From Coleofasciculus chthonoplastes F2-STO-03 (GTDB lineage Bacteria; Cyanobacteriota; Cyanobacteriia; Cyanobacteriales; Coleofasciculaceae), in contig JAVJWO010000096.1 of NCBI GenBank assembly GCA_040222015.1, positions 1 through 64,000 of the forward strand: 64,000 bases of DNA, read 5' to 3'. The stretch's first letter is position 1; each line of letters begins with the position of its first letter. The notes beneath the pieces are model-generated. The model ran no database searches, was not told the origin of the DNA, and saw nothing but the letters and a program-made list of their open reading frames with translations. Both the position numbers and the translations under genes were made by a program. This document shows positions 1-8,610 of the stretch, piece after piece.

Positions 1-359
1 TTCTCGACGTTGGGTTTGGCATAGTCGGTGATTTATTAACCTACAAAGCTGCTGAAGCGGGCGGGTTCTATGTCGAGTCACCAACTAGAACGCTCAAGCC
101 AACTCAACGGTGTGCTAAATGTTGGGAATTAACGCCTAAGACTTTAGCCGATAGAGTTCATGTTTGCTCTAATCCCGACTGTAACCATGTCGAGGACAGA
201 GATGTTAATGCCGCCCAAGTCAATGAAATCTGGGCAAGGGGTTTGGAACGAGCCTCTTTAGACGCAGAGTCGCCTAGCTCTACTAATTGCGGAAGCATGA
301 AGCAACTAGGGGCGAAGAAGCGTCAGAAACAGCGACTTCAACGAAGTAAGTCGCTGTAG
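1..359 (+). CDS. tnpB: IS200/IS605-family TnpB (RNA-guided endonuclease), 3' part; 5' end outside the window
   Basis: Manual translation of frame 3: ...KPTQRCAKCWELTPKTLADRVHVCSNPDCNHVEDRDVNAAQ..., i.e. a zinc ribbon plus the RuvC-III DRDxNAA motif. Stop TAG at 357-359. Not in the ORF track. Confidence 0.9.
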   Translation, partial: LDVGFGIVGDLLTYKAAEAGGFYVESPTRTLKPTQRCAKCWELTPKTLADRVHVCSNPDCNHVEDRDVNAAQVNEIWARGLERASLDAESPSSTNCGSMKQLGAKKRQKQRLQRSKSL

Positions 360-364
360 TTCAT
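330..364 (+). mobile_element. IS200/IS605 right end: subterminal hairpin plus TTCA(T) end
   Basis: CAGCGACTT (330-338) / AAGTCGCTG (348-356) inverted repeat followed by TAGTTCAT, directly after tnpB. Confidence 0.7.
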
Positions 365-453
365 CAGAGTGGCTGAATATTGCTATTATGGGCAATTAAC
401 AGGACTTGATCTAAACGGCTGGGAGCTGAAACTTTTGATCTGGAGACCAATTT

Positions 454-1683
454 ATGGCAGCATCATCTTGGCATCAAGGCTGGGACATCACTGACGAAGA
501 ACGAGAGGTTTACAGGAAACGTTCTCAGGCGTCGAGTCGAGCCAAAGCCCAAGCGATCCGGGGTGAGGGACGAACACCGATTCATCCGATTAATGTACCT
601 CAGCTCAATCCGGACGACCTGATGCCACAATTAGCCAGTAACGGCTGGCGATCGCTCTCCTTGTTCAGTGGTGGTGGCGGTTTAGACCTAGGCTTTGATC
701 GAGCTGGATTTACCCATGTCGCATCCTACGATATCTTACCTGAATCTGGTATTACCTTGAGGAACGTTCGACCAGAGTGGACTGTGTTTGGGGGGGAACA
801 AGGAGATGTTACCCAGGTAGACTGGCGAGACTATCGGGGCTTAGTTGACGTAATCCATGGCGGTCCACCCTGTCAACCGTTTTCTGTCGCTGGTCGTCAG
901 CAAGGAAAAGAAGACAGCCGGGATATGTTTCCAGAATTCATCCGGGCTGTATTAGAAATTGAGCCAATTGCTTTCGTGGCGGAAAATGTTACAGCATTGG
1001 TGGGCAAAAAATTCAGTTCATATCTTAAAGAGGTTGTTGAACATCCCCTGCGTCAGAACTATACGCTAATTCGAGTTATCCTGACCGCGCCATCCTTCGG
1101 AATTCCTCAAATGAGAAAGCGTGTATTTTTTGTGGGGTTTCGTCAGGAAAAAATGGCGTCAAATTACCAGTCCCCTCTCCCCACCCACAGTTGGCATCAT
1201 TTGCCTACTGATAAAGTTAAACCTCATGTTCAGCTAGATCTATTTTCGCTCCTCGACCCGTCTGAAACGTTACAACCTTGTATGGGCGTTCGTGAAGCTT
1301 TAGGACTACCTGATATAGGATTTGATGCGTTATCTCCTACCATTCGCAGTTCTCTTACCGGTCCCCGTCATACCACATCAGTGTTGAGTAGTGTTTCCGC
1401 GCAAAAGATTTGGGAAAAACTACAAATTTGGCCCAATGGAGTTGCTCTCAATCGAGAACAGGCGCATTTATTTGTAGCAGATAATGGTCACTTTCGCTTA
1501 TCTGTACCTGACTGTGCGATTTTGCAATGCTTTCCTCAATCCTGGTCATTTGATGGTGCTGTTTATAAAGCCCTAGGTCAAATTGGCAATGCTGTTCCCC
1601 CACCAATGGCGTATAGAGTGGCTGTATCTATTGCTCAAGCTTTATCGTCAAGAGCTTCCGCTACCAATTCCCGCAGACGCTGA
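454..1683 (+). CDS. DNA (cytosine-5) methyltransferase
   Basis: Motifs SLFSGGGG (I), GGPPCQPFS (IV), ENV (VI), QMRKRVF (VIII), GNAVPP (X). Confidence 0.95.
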   Translation: MAASSWHQGWDITDEEREVYRKRSQASSRAKAQAIRGEGRTPIHPINVPQLNPDDLMPQLASNGWRSLSLFSGGGGLDLGFDRAGFTHVASYDILPESGITLRNVRPEWTVFGGEQGDVTQVDWRDYRGLVDVIHGGPPCQPFSVAGRQQGKEDSRDMFPEFIRAVLEIEPIAFVAENVTALVGKKFSSYLKEVVEHPLRQNYTLIRVILTAPSFGIPQMRKRVFFVGFRQEKMASNYQSPLPTHSWHHLPTDKVKPHVQLDLFSLLDPSETLQPCMGVREALGLPDIGFDALSPTIRSSLTGPRHTTSVLSSVSAQKIWEKLQIWPNGVALNREQAHLFVADNGHFRLSVPDCAILQCFPQSWSFDGAVYKALGQIGNAVPPPMAYRVAVSIAQALSSRASATNSRRR

Positions 1684-2054
1684 GCATGATTTTCGGTAAT
1701 CTGTTCCCAACCTTGAAAATAAGACGCCGGAATGTGAGGATTATTTAAGGTCGAACCTCTCTCGATTAAATAGCGACATCTATCCTTTAAGATAGCAAGC
1801 ATTTGTTCAGGCGAATAGCCTTGAGTTAAGTCCATCTGGTTACGATATTGCTGGATGGTATACTGTTTTTTTTGCAGACGACGAGCATCTTCAAGTGTAT
1901 AAATCTGTTTTTGCCCCAGAATTTTGTAAAGCACATTAAAGGTTAGTAATTCAGGGGCAAGCTGAGCGAGTTTGTAGTCAGGTAAGATGTAAGCTTCTTT
2001 TTCATGAATCCATTTTTCCATGGCTTGGGGAGAACAGTAAAGGCAATAGTTCAT
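1635..2054 (-). pseudogene. Probable 5'-truncated restriction endonuclease, convergent partner of the methyltransferase
   Basis: Converges on and overlaps the MTase 3' end. Only 139 aa, with an in-frame stop two codons upstream of the ATG, abutting an unrelated fragment. Identity inferred from context only. Confidence 0.45.
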
Positions 2055-2062
2055 AAATTACC

Positions 2063-2510
2063 GTGGTTGAGAAAATGGCAAACGCCCGGATCATTCATCT
2101 AGCCACCCACGGCATACTCGATGAAATCTGGGGATTAGGGAGTGCGATCGCATTAGCTCCTTCTACTAAGGATAACGGTTTACTTACGGCTGATGAAATC
2201 CTCACCATGAACCTCAACGCCGAATTGGTTGTTCTCAGCGCCTGCAATACGGGTCAAGGTCGAATTACCGGGGATGGCGTCATTGGTTTATCACGCTCCC
2301 TCATTTCGGTAGGTGTACCCAGTGTAATTGTATCCCTGTGGACAGTGCCAGATGCCCCCACAGCCTCCCTAATGCAGGAATTTTATCAAAATATACATAA
2401 ATAATCCTGACAAAGCCCAAGCGCGGCGACAAGCCATGCTGACGACAATAGCCAAACATCCTCATCCCAAAGATTGGGCAGCCTTTACACTCATAGGAGA
2501 AGCTAAATAA
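2063..2510 (+). pseudogene. CHAT (caspase-like) domain C-terminal fragment with frameshift
   Basis: IIHLATHG, LVVLSACNTG, SLWTVPD motifs. After the stop at 2404 another frame continues NPDKAQARRQAML...HPKDWAAFTLIGEAK* to 2510. The N-terminal region is missing. Confidence 0.85.
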
Positions 2511-2534
2511 CGCATTATTCCTAATTCTTGCCCC

Positions 2535-3803
2535 ATGCTACCCGTTAACCAAGCCGAATCCATTATCTTAGATCTCATCCACCCCTTAGACTCCCAGTTA
2601 GACAGCGAAAGTATCGACCTATCCGCCGCCACAGGTCGCATTTTGGCGTCTCCTGTAACCAGTCAATTGGATTTTCCCCACTGGGATAATTCTGCAATGG
2701 ATGGTTATGCAGTACGCTATGCGGATGTGCAGTCGGCTAATGAACAGCAACCAATCAGTTTAGAACTCGTCGAAGAGATTCCCGCCGGCTATCAACCGCA
2801 AAAAACTATTAAACCTGGACAAGCGGCGCGTATCTTCACCGGTGCCTGTATGCCCCAGGGCGCCGATACGGTGGTGATGCAGGAACATACAAAGCGCCAG
2901 GATAATCGTGTTTTAATCTTACAAGCCCCGAAACCGCAAGGCTTTGTGCGTCATCAGGCATCGTTTTACCGTGCTGGAGAATCCCTCTTAGAATCAGGAA
3001 TTCAACTGGGTGCGCCAGAAATTGCTGTCCTCGCCGCCGCCCAATGTACGGAACTCACCGTCTATCGCCGTCCCAAAGTCGCGATTCTCTCCACGGGGAA
3101 TGAACTGGTTACGCCGTACCAACTCTTGCAACCGGGTCAAATTGTCGATTCTAACCAATACGCTTTAACCGCTTGGGTGACTCTCTGTGGCGGAATTCCT
3201 AAAGTACAGGGGATTGTCCGCGATAAACCGGACGCCCTCAAGCAAGCCATTGCCCAAGCTATTCTAGCCGCCGATATTGTTCTGTCTACAGGTGGCGTCT
3301 CTGTGGGGGATTATGACTATGTAGATGAAATTTTAGCCCAACTGGATGCTGAAATTCATATCCGTTCGGTTGCGGTTAAACCTGGTAAACCGTTAACCGT
3401 GGCGACGTTTCCGCCTCCGAGTCAGGGGAATAAAAAAGGCTCATCGCATCCAGTCTTATATTTTGGTCTACCGGGAAATCCAGTATCCGCTTTAGTCAGT
3501 TGTTGGCGATTTGTGCAACCTGTGATGAAAAAGCTGTCCGGTTTACCAATGCAACGATGGAAGCCCAGGTTTATCAACGCCATCTCCCGTAGCGAACTCA
3601 AATCTGATGGGCGTCGAGAATCCTATTTGTGGGGTCAGCTTCAATTAGTTGAGGGGAAATACGAATTCAAGTTGGCGGGTGGTAGTCACAGTTCGGGTAA
3701 TTTAATTAACTTAGCTCAAACCACAGGTCTGGCGGTTTTACCCGTTGGTCAAACTTTAATTCCAGCAGGAGAAATGGTGCAAGTTGTGTCGGTGTGCTTT
3801 TAA
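2535..3803 (+). CDS. moeA: Molybdopterin molybdotransferase MoeA
   Basis: SAMDGYA, IFTGA.MP.GADTVVMQE, STGNEL, TGGVSVGDYD, KPGKP, GLPGNPVSA. Confidence 0.95.
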   Translation: MLPVNQAESIILDLIHPLDSQLDSESIDLSAATGRILASPVTSQLDFPHWDNSAMDGYAVRYADVQSANEQQPISLELVEEIPAGYQPQKTIKPGQAARIFTGACMPQGADTVVMQEHTKRQDNRVLILQAPKPQGFVRHQASFYRAGESLLESGIQLGAPEIAVLAAAQCTELTVYRRPKVAILSTGNELVTPYQLLQPGQIVDSNQYALTAWVTLCGGIPKVQGIVRDKPDALKQAIAQAILAADIVLSTGGVSVGDYDYVDEILAQLDAEIHIRSVAVKPGKPLTVATFPPPSQGNKKGSSHPVLYFGLPGNPVSALVSCWRFVQPVMKKLSGLPMQRWKPRFINAISRSELKSDGRRESYLWGQLQLVEGKYEFKLAGGSHSSGNLINLAQTTGLAVLPVGQTLIPAGEMVQVVSVCF

Positions 3804-4036
3804 TAGGAAAAATCCTTGAAGATGGGGCGGTTGTAGACGCGGAGCGGCTTCCCGTAGGGTAACCGCAGCTACACAAACAAAACCCGCCTGCGCGGGTTAG
3901 AATACCCGTGCGATCGCACTCATGAGAATAAAAATACTACAATCCCGTAGGGTAGCACCGACGTGCGCCCTAACCGAAGCGCGATCGCACAATCTTTTTC
4001 TCAGTATATCAATGGCAATAATCCGCCCTAGGGCTA

Positions 4037-4188
4037 ATACCAAGTTGCAGTCTAAGGTAGAATCTGTCATGCTGAGCAAAACGCAGTGAAACCCTTCACG
4101 ACCTTCGAGAGCAGGCTCCGTGACGCTCGCGCATCTGTCCAGATTCTTCGCTTCGCTCAGAATGACATGATAGAACGCAACTTGGTAT
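4037..4188. mobile_element. MITE-like element with nested hairpin
   Basis: 12-bp terminal inverted repeat ATACCAAGTTGC (4037-4048) / GCAACTTGGTAT (4177-4188). Inner inverted repeat TGTCATGCTGAGC / GCTCAGAATGACA. Confidence 0.65.
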
Positions 4189-4339
4189 AACTTGGGACTA
4201 ACTTGGGACAAAGTGGTTAACCAATGGGTTGGGATTGGGATTAAACCTGGGATTCGGGGGTGTTTGATGGAAGAGTAAAGCATTCAACCCGATTGTGATG
4301 AATAGGAAGCATTCTGAACTTTTGCTAAAAACCTTGGAA

Positions 4340-4450
4340 GTGAGTACATTTGTCGTGACTCTGTACACCTATTCTGCTTTTGTAGGAATTGCGGCGGCGG
4401 GTTTAGCGATTTATTGTTTACTTCAGCAAGCGCGGGAGGAGGATGAGTAG
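4340..4450 (+). CDS. Possible 36-aa single-pass membrane peptide
   Basis: GTG..TAG frame reading (M)STFVVTLYTYSAFVGIAAAGLAIYCLLQQAREEDE. Below the ORF-track cutoff. Confidence 0.3.
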   Translation: MSTFVVTLYTYSAFVGIAAAGLAIYCLLQQAREEDE

Positions 4451-4535
4451 TATTAGGTTCGTTCGTAGTAGGGGAACCTTAGCATTAGATTTTGTTGGGT
4501 TGAGCGAAGTCGAAACCCAACCTCAGAGAATAAGG

Positions 4536-5750
4536 TCAATCTAAAATAGTTTGTTCTATCCACCGGATATGCTGCGCTAATAATTGAGCTAAATCATAAC
4601 GCTCCAGAATGGTTTTTCGCCCTTGAACTCGCAGCGCCGCCATCCCGTTAGGATGATTCAGCACCTCTTCCACACGTTCAGCAATGTCTTGGGGCGAAAA
4701 AAAGTCGGCTAATAAACCATTCACCCCATCCTGAATGACCTCCCTCACAGGTGCGGTGTTCGACGCCACTACTAAACATGCTGTTGATAAGGCTTCCAAC
4801 ATTGACCAGGATAAAACAAAGGGACGGGTTAAATAAATATGAACCGCTGAGGCTTGTAATACTTGCAGATAATCGGAATAGGGAAGTAAACCCGTAAAAT
4901 GGACGCGGTTGAGATCCAGAGGAAATTTTTCCAGCATGACATCTTTATAGGTTTTGCCATCTGGAAGGGATTTCCCATAAGCGACACGATTTTCCCCCAC
5001 GATAACCGCATGACAATTGGGGCGTTTTTCTTGCAGTAAGGCAATGGTTTCTATCAACTGGGGAAAGCCACGATATGGTTCCATTCCTCGGGCGACATAA
5101 GTGACAAGTTCCTCGACGTGAGATAGGTCTAAATTTAACCGAGGCAGGACTAATTTGTGTCCTGGTTTTGGTTGAAAAAAGTTCGTATCAATCCCATCAT
5201 GGTGTACCGTAATTTTATCCCGATACTCTGGGGGGAATTGTTGCTGCTGCCAATGGGTGGGAGAGAGTCCGCGATCGCAACTGTACAAATCAATCAGAAT
5301 CGGCGCGTTTTTGATCCGAATCCGGGCTTCGTCGTCGGCGTTGAGGGGTTCTGCTGGATCGAAGTCCGCGTCTGAACCATGAGCGTGATAAAACCACTCG
5401 AAATAGCATAATAGTTTCGCTTTTGGGAAACTGTCTTTGATAAAGAAGGTAGGACCCCAACCGGAATGACCGTAAACCACATCGGGGATAAACCCTTGGG
5501 TTTTGAGTTGCTCACATAAACGATAAACCCCTTGCCCTTGTAGTACCGCATTTTCCAAGGGGCGGACGTAGTGATGGGTTTCTGGACGGGCTTGGCGGGA
5601 GGGTGCGTAGATGGCTTTGGCAACACCGGGTAATTGACCTTCTTTGCGGGTTGTGCCAAAGACAACCTGGTGACGCGGGTTTTGCGCCAAGGTGACGGCG
5701 AGGTGACGGAATTGGGCGGGAAAATTGGAATGCAAAAATAAGATTCGCAT
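4536..5750 (-). CDS. Glycosyltransferase family 4
   Basis: LFLHSNFPAQF, GHSGWG, ARGMEPYRGFPQ, PFVLSWSMLEA. Confidence 0.9.
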   Translation of the reverse strand: MRILFLHSNFPAQFRHLAVTLAQNPRHQVVFGTTRKEGQLPGVAKAIYAPSRQARPETHHYVRPLENAVLQGQGVYRLCEQLKTQGFIPDVVYGHSGWGPTFFIKDSFPKAKLLCYFEWFYHAHGSDADFDPAEPLNADDEARIRIKNAPILIDLYSCDRGLSPTHWQQQQFPPEYRDKITVHHDGIDTNFFQPKPGHKLVLPRLNLDLSHVEELVTYVARGMEPYRGFPQLIETIALLQEKRPNCHAVIVGENRVAYGKSLPDGKTYKDVMLEKFPLDLNRVHFTGLLPYSDYLQVLQASAVHIYLTRPFVLSWSMLEALSTACLVVASNTAPVREVIQDGVNGLLADFFSPQDIAERVEEVLNHPNGMAALRVQGRKTILERYDLAQLLAQHIRWIEQTILD

Positions 5751-6064
5751 CAGGTAATTTTTCGTAGTCTTGGATACAGTTTTTTTGTTGACTTATTACT
5801 CGACAACTGGGTGATCTCCTGATCAATTATCACAGGTTGGGGATGCGTTCAGACTTTAGTCTGTCGATTTTTAAACCAATCCGGCTCACCAGTCGCTGAA
5901 ATGCCTGATTGATCGAGAGTTATGCGCTACATTAGCACATATAGGCGCAAAAAAACGTAGAGGTTAGATGCATGTATTTTTGTGCGGCACTCAGTTAATT
6001 CTGTAGAGTTGCCACTATAGGATTGTTCAGTTAAAACAGCAAAGCAAGACTTGTTTATAGCTTA

Positions 6065-6100
6065 CTACCTTGGAGCCTTGGAATCTTCTACCTTGGAGCC
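6065..6100 (+). repeat. 13-bp direct repeat pair upstream of the three-gene operon
   Basis: CTACCTTGGAGCC at 6065-6077 and 6088-6100. Confidence 0.7.
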
Positions 6101-6156
6101 CTTTGCTATACGCCGCGTGAGGTATAGTGAAAATAAACCTCTGAAGGAGAAGGTGA

Positions 6157-6720
6157 ATGCCAACCAAGAGTACTCTTCAAGATGCACTGAAAGCTAAATA
6201 CGGCATTAATAAGAACATTACCCAATCTCTATCTGCGGTAGAGTGTGAACAGTTATTGACCCTGCTACAAGACCAACCGACTGCAACCAAGTTAGTTAAG
6301 TCATTCATTACTAAAAATGAAGAACTCAGCCAAAATAATCGTAACTTTGGTCAGCAACGGAGTCAGGCACAGAAAAAGCTCAAATCTATTCAGATAGAAA
6401 ATGAAAAGTTAGAGAAGGATATCACAGCGCTAAAAGATCGAAGGGGTCGGCTTTCCCAGGAACAGCAAGAACTCGAAGAACAAATTAAGCATTTATCGGA
6501 TCAGAATCAGACATTATCGGGCAAAGTACAAATCCTAACGACTCACAACGATGAATTGATTGACGCTAACGAACAACTAAAAAAAGATAACAAAGATTTA
6601 AAGAATATTGTTGACCAAATTCGACTGCGGTTAGCGCGAGATACCAAAATGTTGTTGGAATATGAGGACAGTGAGATTCGCAAAGCGTTGATCAGACTGT
6701 TTCGGTGGACGTTAGGGTAG
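6157..6720 (+). CDS. Hypothetical coiled-coil protein
   Basis: 187 aa with a long heptad-rich Q/E/K/L segment. AAGGAGAAGG ribosome binding site upstream. Confidence 0.8.
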   Translation: MPTKSTLQDALKAKYGINKNITQSLSAVECEQLLTLLQDQPTATKLVKSFITKNEELSQNNRNFGQQRSQAQKKLKSIQIENEKLEKDITALKDRRGRLSQEQQELEEQIKHLSDQNQTLSGKVQILTTHNDELIDANEQLKKDNKDLKNIVDQIRLRLARDTKMLLEYEDSEIRKALIRLFRWTLG

Positions 6721-6732
6721 AGGGGAATTAGT

Positions 6733-7155
6733 ATGGCAAGCCGAAAACACCAAATTCGCACATTTAGCGGTATGGGCTATCGCGAAGTCCAGCGATCAAA
6801 TTCAATTCGTCGGAATAAGCTGCCGAAAAATCATCAAATCTGGCTCAAAGAAAACGGGTATAAAAACGTTGGCTGGGATAATGTAATTCAGCTCTATCAA
6901 AAAGTTAATGAGTTACTGAATCAGCCTGACGCGGATGATGAACCAACCTTAGAAGAATTGTTCTTAGAAGCCGATCGCATCGGTAAAAAATACCAAACAC
7001 ATGAAGAAATAGAAGCTTTTAATCAAGAAATGGCGGCGGAAGTGAATGCGGTATCAGACTTAGTTGACCAGCAATTTCCGGAAACGGAGGTTGAAGTAAT
7101 TGATTACAGTCAAATATCTCGTTCATCACGGCAATCTCGCTATAAAAATCGCTAA
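6733..7155 (+). CDS. Hypothetical protein (basic N-terminus, acidic C-terminal half)
   Basis: 140 aa, 12 bp after the previous stop, with an AGGGG ribosome binding site. Confidence 0.8.
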   Translation: MASRKHQIRTFSGMGYREVQRSNSIRRNKLPKNHQIWLKENGYKNVGWDNVIQLYQKVNELLNQPDADDEPTLEELFLEADRIGKKYQTHEEIEAFNQEMAAEVNAVSDLVDQQFPETEVEVIDYSQISRSSRQSRYKNR

Positions 7156-7178
7156 ATTAAGTCGCAATCCGATCGATC

Positions 7179-7634
7179 ATGAACCTTGAGGATAAAAATC
7201 TCAAAGATCTGTTTAAAGTAGCCGATAAGGTTGGTAAAAAACGTTATCATAAACTAACTCACCAAGATTTAGAAGACTATCGCAAGTTTGATCACTGGCG
7301 CTATGTCAATGGTAGTGCTGAATGCGGCACAACTCAAGAGAGTAAAGACTGGGTGAAAAACAACTCGGATTGGCATTGTCCAATTTGTGGTAGCCGATTT
7401 GCTAATGTGGGTGGGAGAACTATCGATCACAAACTTCCGCGATCGCAATATCCCTGGCTATCCTTAGATTTTAGAAATCTGTGGGTCATTTGCCGTAGTT
7501 GTAATCGGGAAAAAGGTGAAATGCACTGGTACGAGTACGAACATTATATGTTTATCCACTATCCTAATCGCTATCAAGATATCCAACTATTTCGACCCAG
7601 GCAATTGCTGAAATCGCTGAAGGCAAATCAATAA
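7179..7634 (+). CDS. HNH endonuclease (Zn-binding type)
   Basis: CPIC...TIDHKLPRS...NLWVICRSCNREKG. Confidence 0.9.
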   Translation: MNLEDKNLKDLFKVADKVGKKRYHKLTHQDLEDYRKFDHWRYVNGSAECGTTQESKDWVKNNSDWHCPICGSRFANVGGRTIDHKLPRSQYPWLSLDFRNLWVICRSCNREKGEMHWYEYEHYMFIHYPNRYQDIQLFRPRQLLKSLKANQ

Positions 7635-7820
7635 AGTCAGCACATTAAACCGTTAGGCTTCAATGATGACTCCTAAATTGCTGCGTTTTCGCACCACTCG
7701 ACAAGCCGTTGCGCCACTAGAACGCTAAAATCATGAATATAATAGATCCAAGTGTAATTAGTTTAAACTTGACTAAGTTGAGTTTGACAAACCATCGTAG
7801 AAGCTCTTTTTGGCTATCCG

Positions 7821-8267
7821 TCAAGTTATACATTGATACGCCCGTTTTTTATCATGCAAGTCTATCGCCACACTACTAGCTGCAATTTCTGCTACCAATT
7901 CCGGCGCACCCTCAATATAATCATCTTCACTGAGTCTCGCCTGTCCACCTGCATTTTCATCAATTAACAGTACAGCATCGGGTTGGGGTTCGTTGTCCAA
8001 ATCTAAACGAACGGTAGGTTCAATCCCCAACTCAATCCCAGATGTCGCCACTTGATAATTGCCCAGCCATAAGATTAAATTGGCGTGAGGTTGACCATGA
8101 CTTCTAAAACGCAGTGCAGCAGGCAAGTAAACCACTCCTTCAATGAGTTCAGCTTTCTGGAGAGAATGCATTGTGTTGTAACGACGCTCAAATTCATAAC
8201 GATTTAAGCGATCGCCACTTTCAAGCGCTGGAGGTAAAGACTCTTGTTGGAAAGGAGTTTGAACCAT
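7821..8267 (-). pseudogene. Uma2 (DUF820) endonuclease-fold protein, C-terminally truncated
   Basis: AELIEGVV, EPQPD, GAPELVAEIAASS, DLHDKKRAY, then an abrupt stop where the G(V/I)xEY motif should follow. Confidence 0.8.
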
Positions 8268-8610
8268 AGATTGCTATTGTTGCTAGTCTGTTGATGTCTC
8301 TATCCCTAGATCCTATCGGCTATTACTCCATAGAATTGTTAAGCGTGCAACGGGAACGTTGAGGAATTTCGCGAAAGTTTAAGAATGATTGCAATAAACA
8401 ACAGTGAAGTTGTTTTGCCTGGAGGCTGAATCCCAGTTACTAAAGGGGTTTTGGCGATTTCCCAGCCATGACAATCCGCGTTAATACCTACTCACGAAAT
8501 GCGAAAAGTCTGAGACAATCAGAAACGACTTGAAAATATAGACTCATCGATAACACTGCCCATTCGTCCTCAATCGGGCTTTGTGCAACTAATACAAGGG
8601 AGAAACTCGT

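Noticed and set aside
454..2054. Assigning a recognition sequence or REBASE name to the R-M pair
   Set aside because: This cannot be determined reliably by eye and needs a REBASE comparison.
3897..4283. 128-aa ORF
   Set aside because: It runs antisense through stacked repeat elements and has no protein-like motifs.
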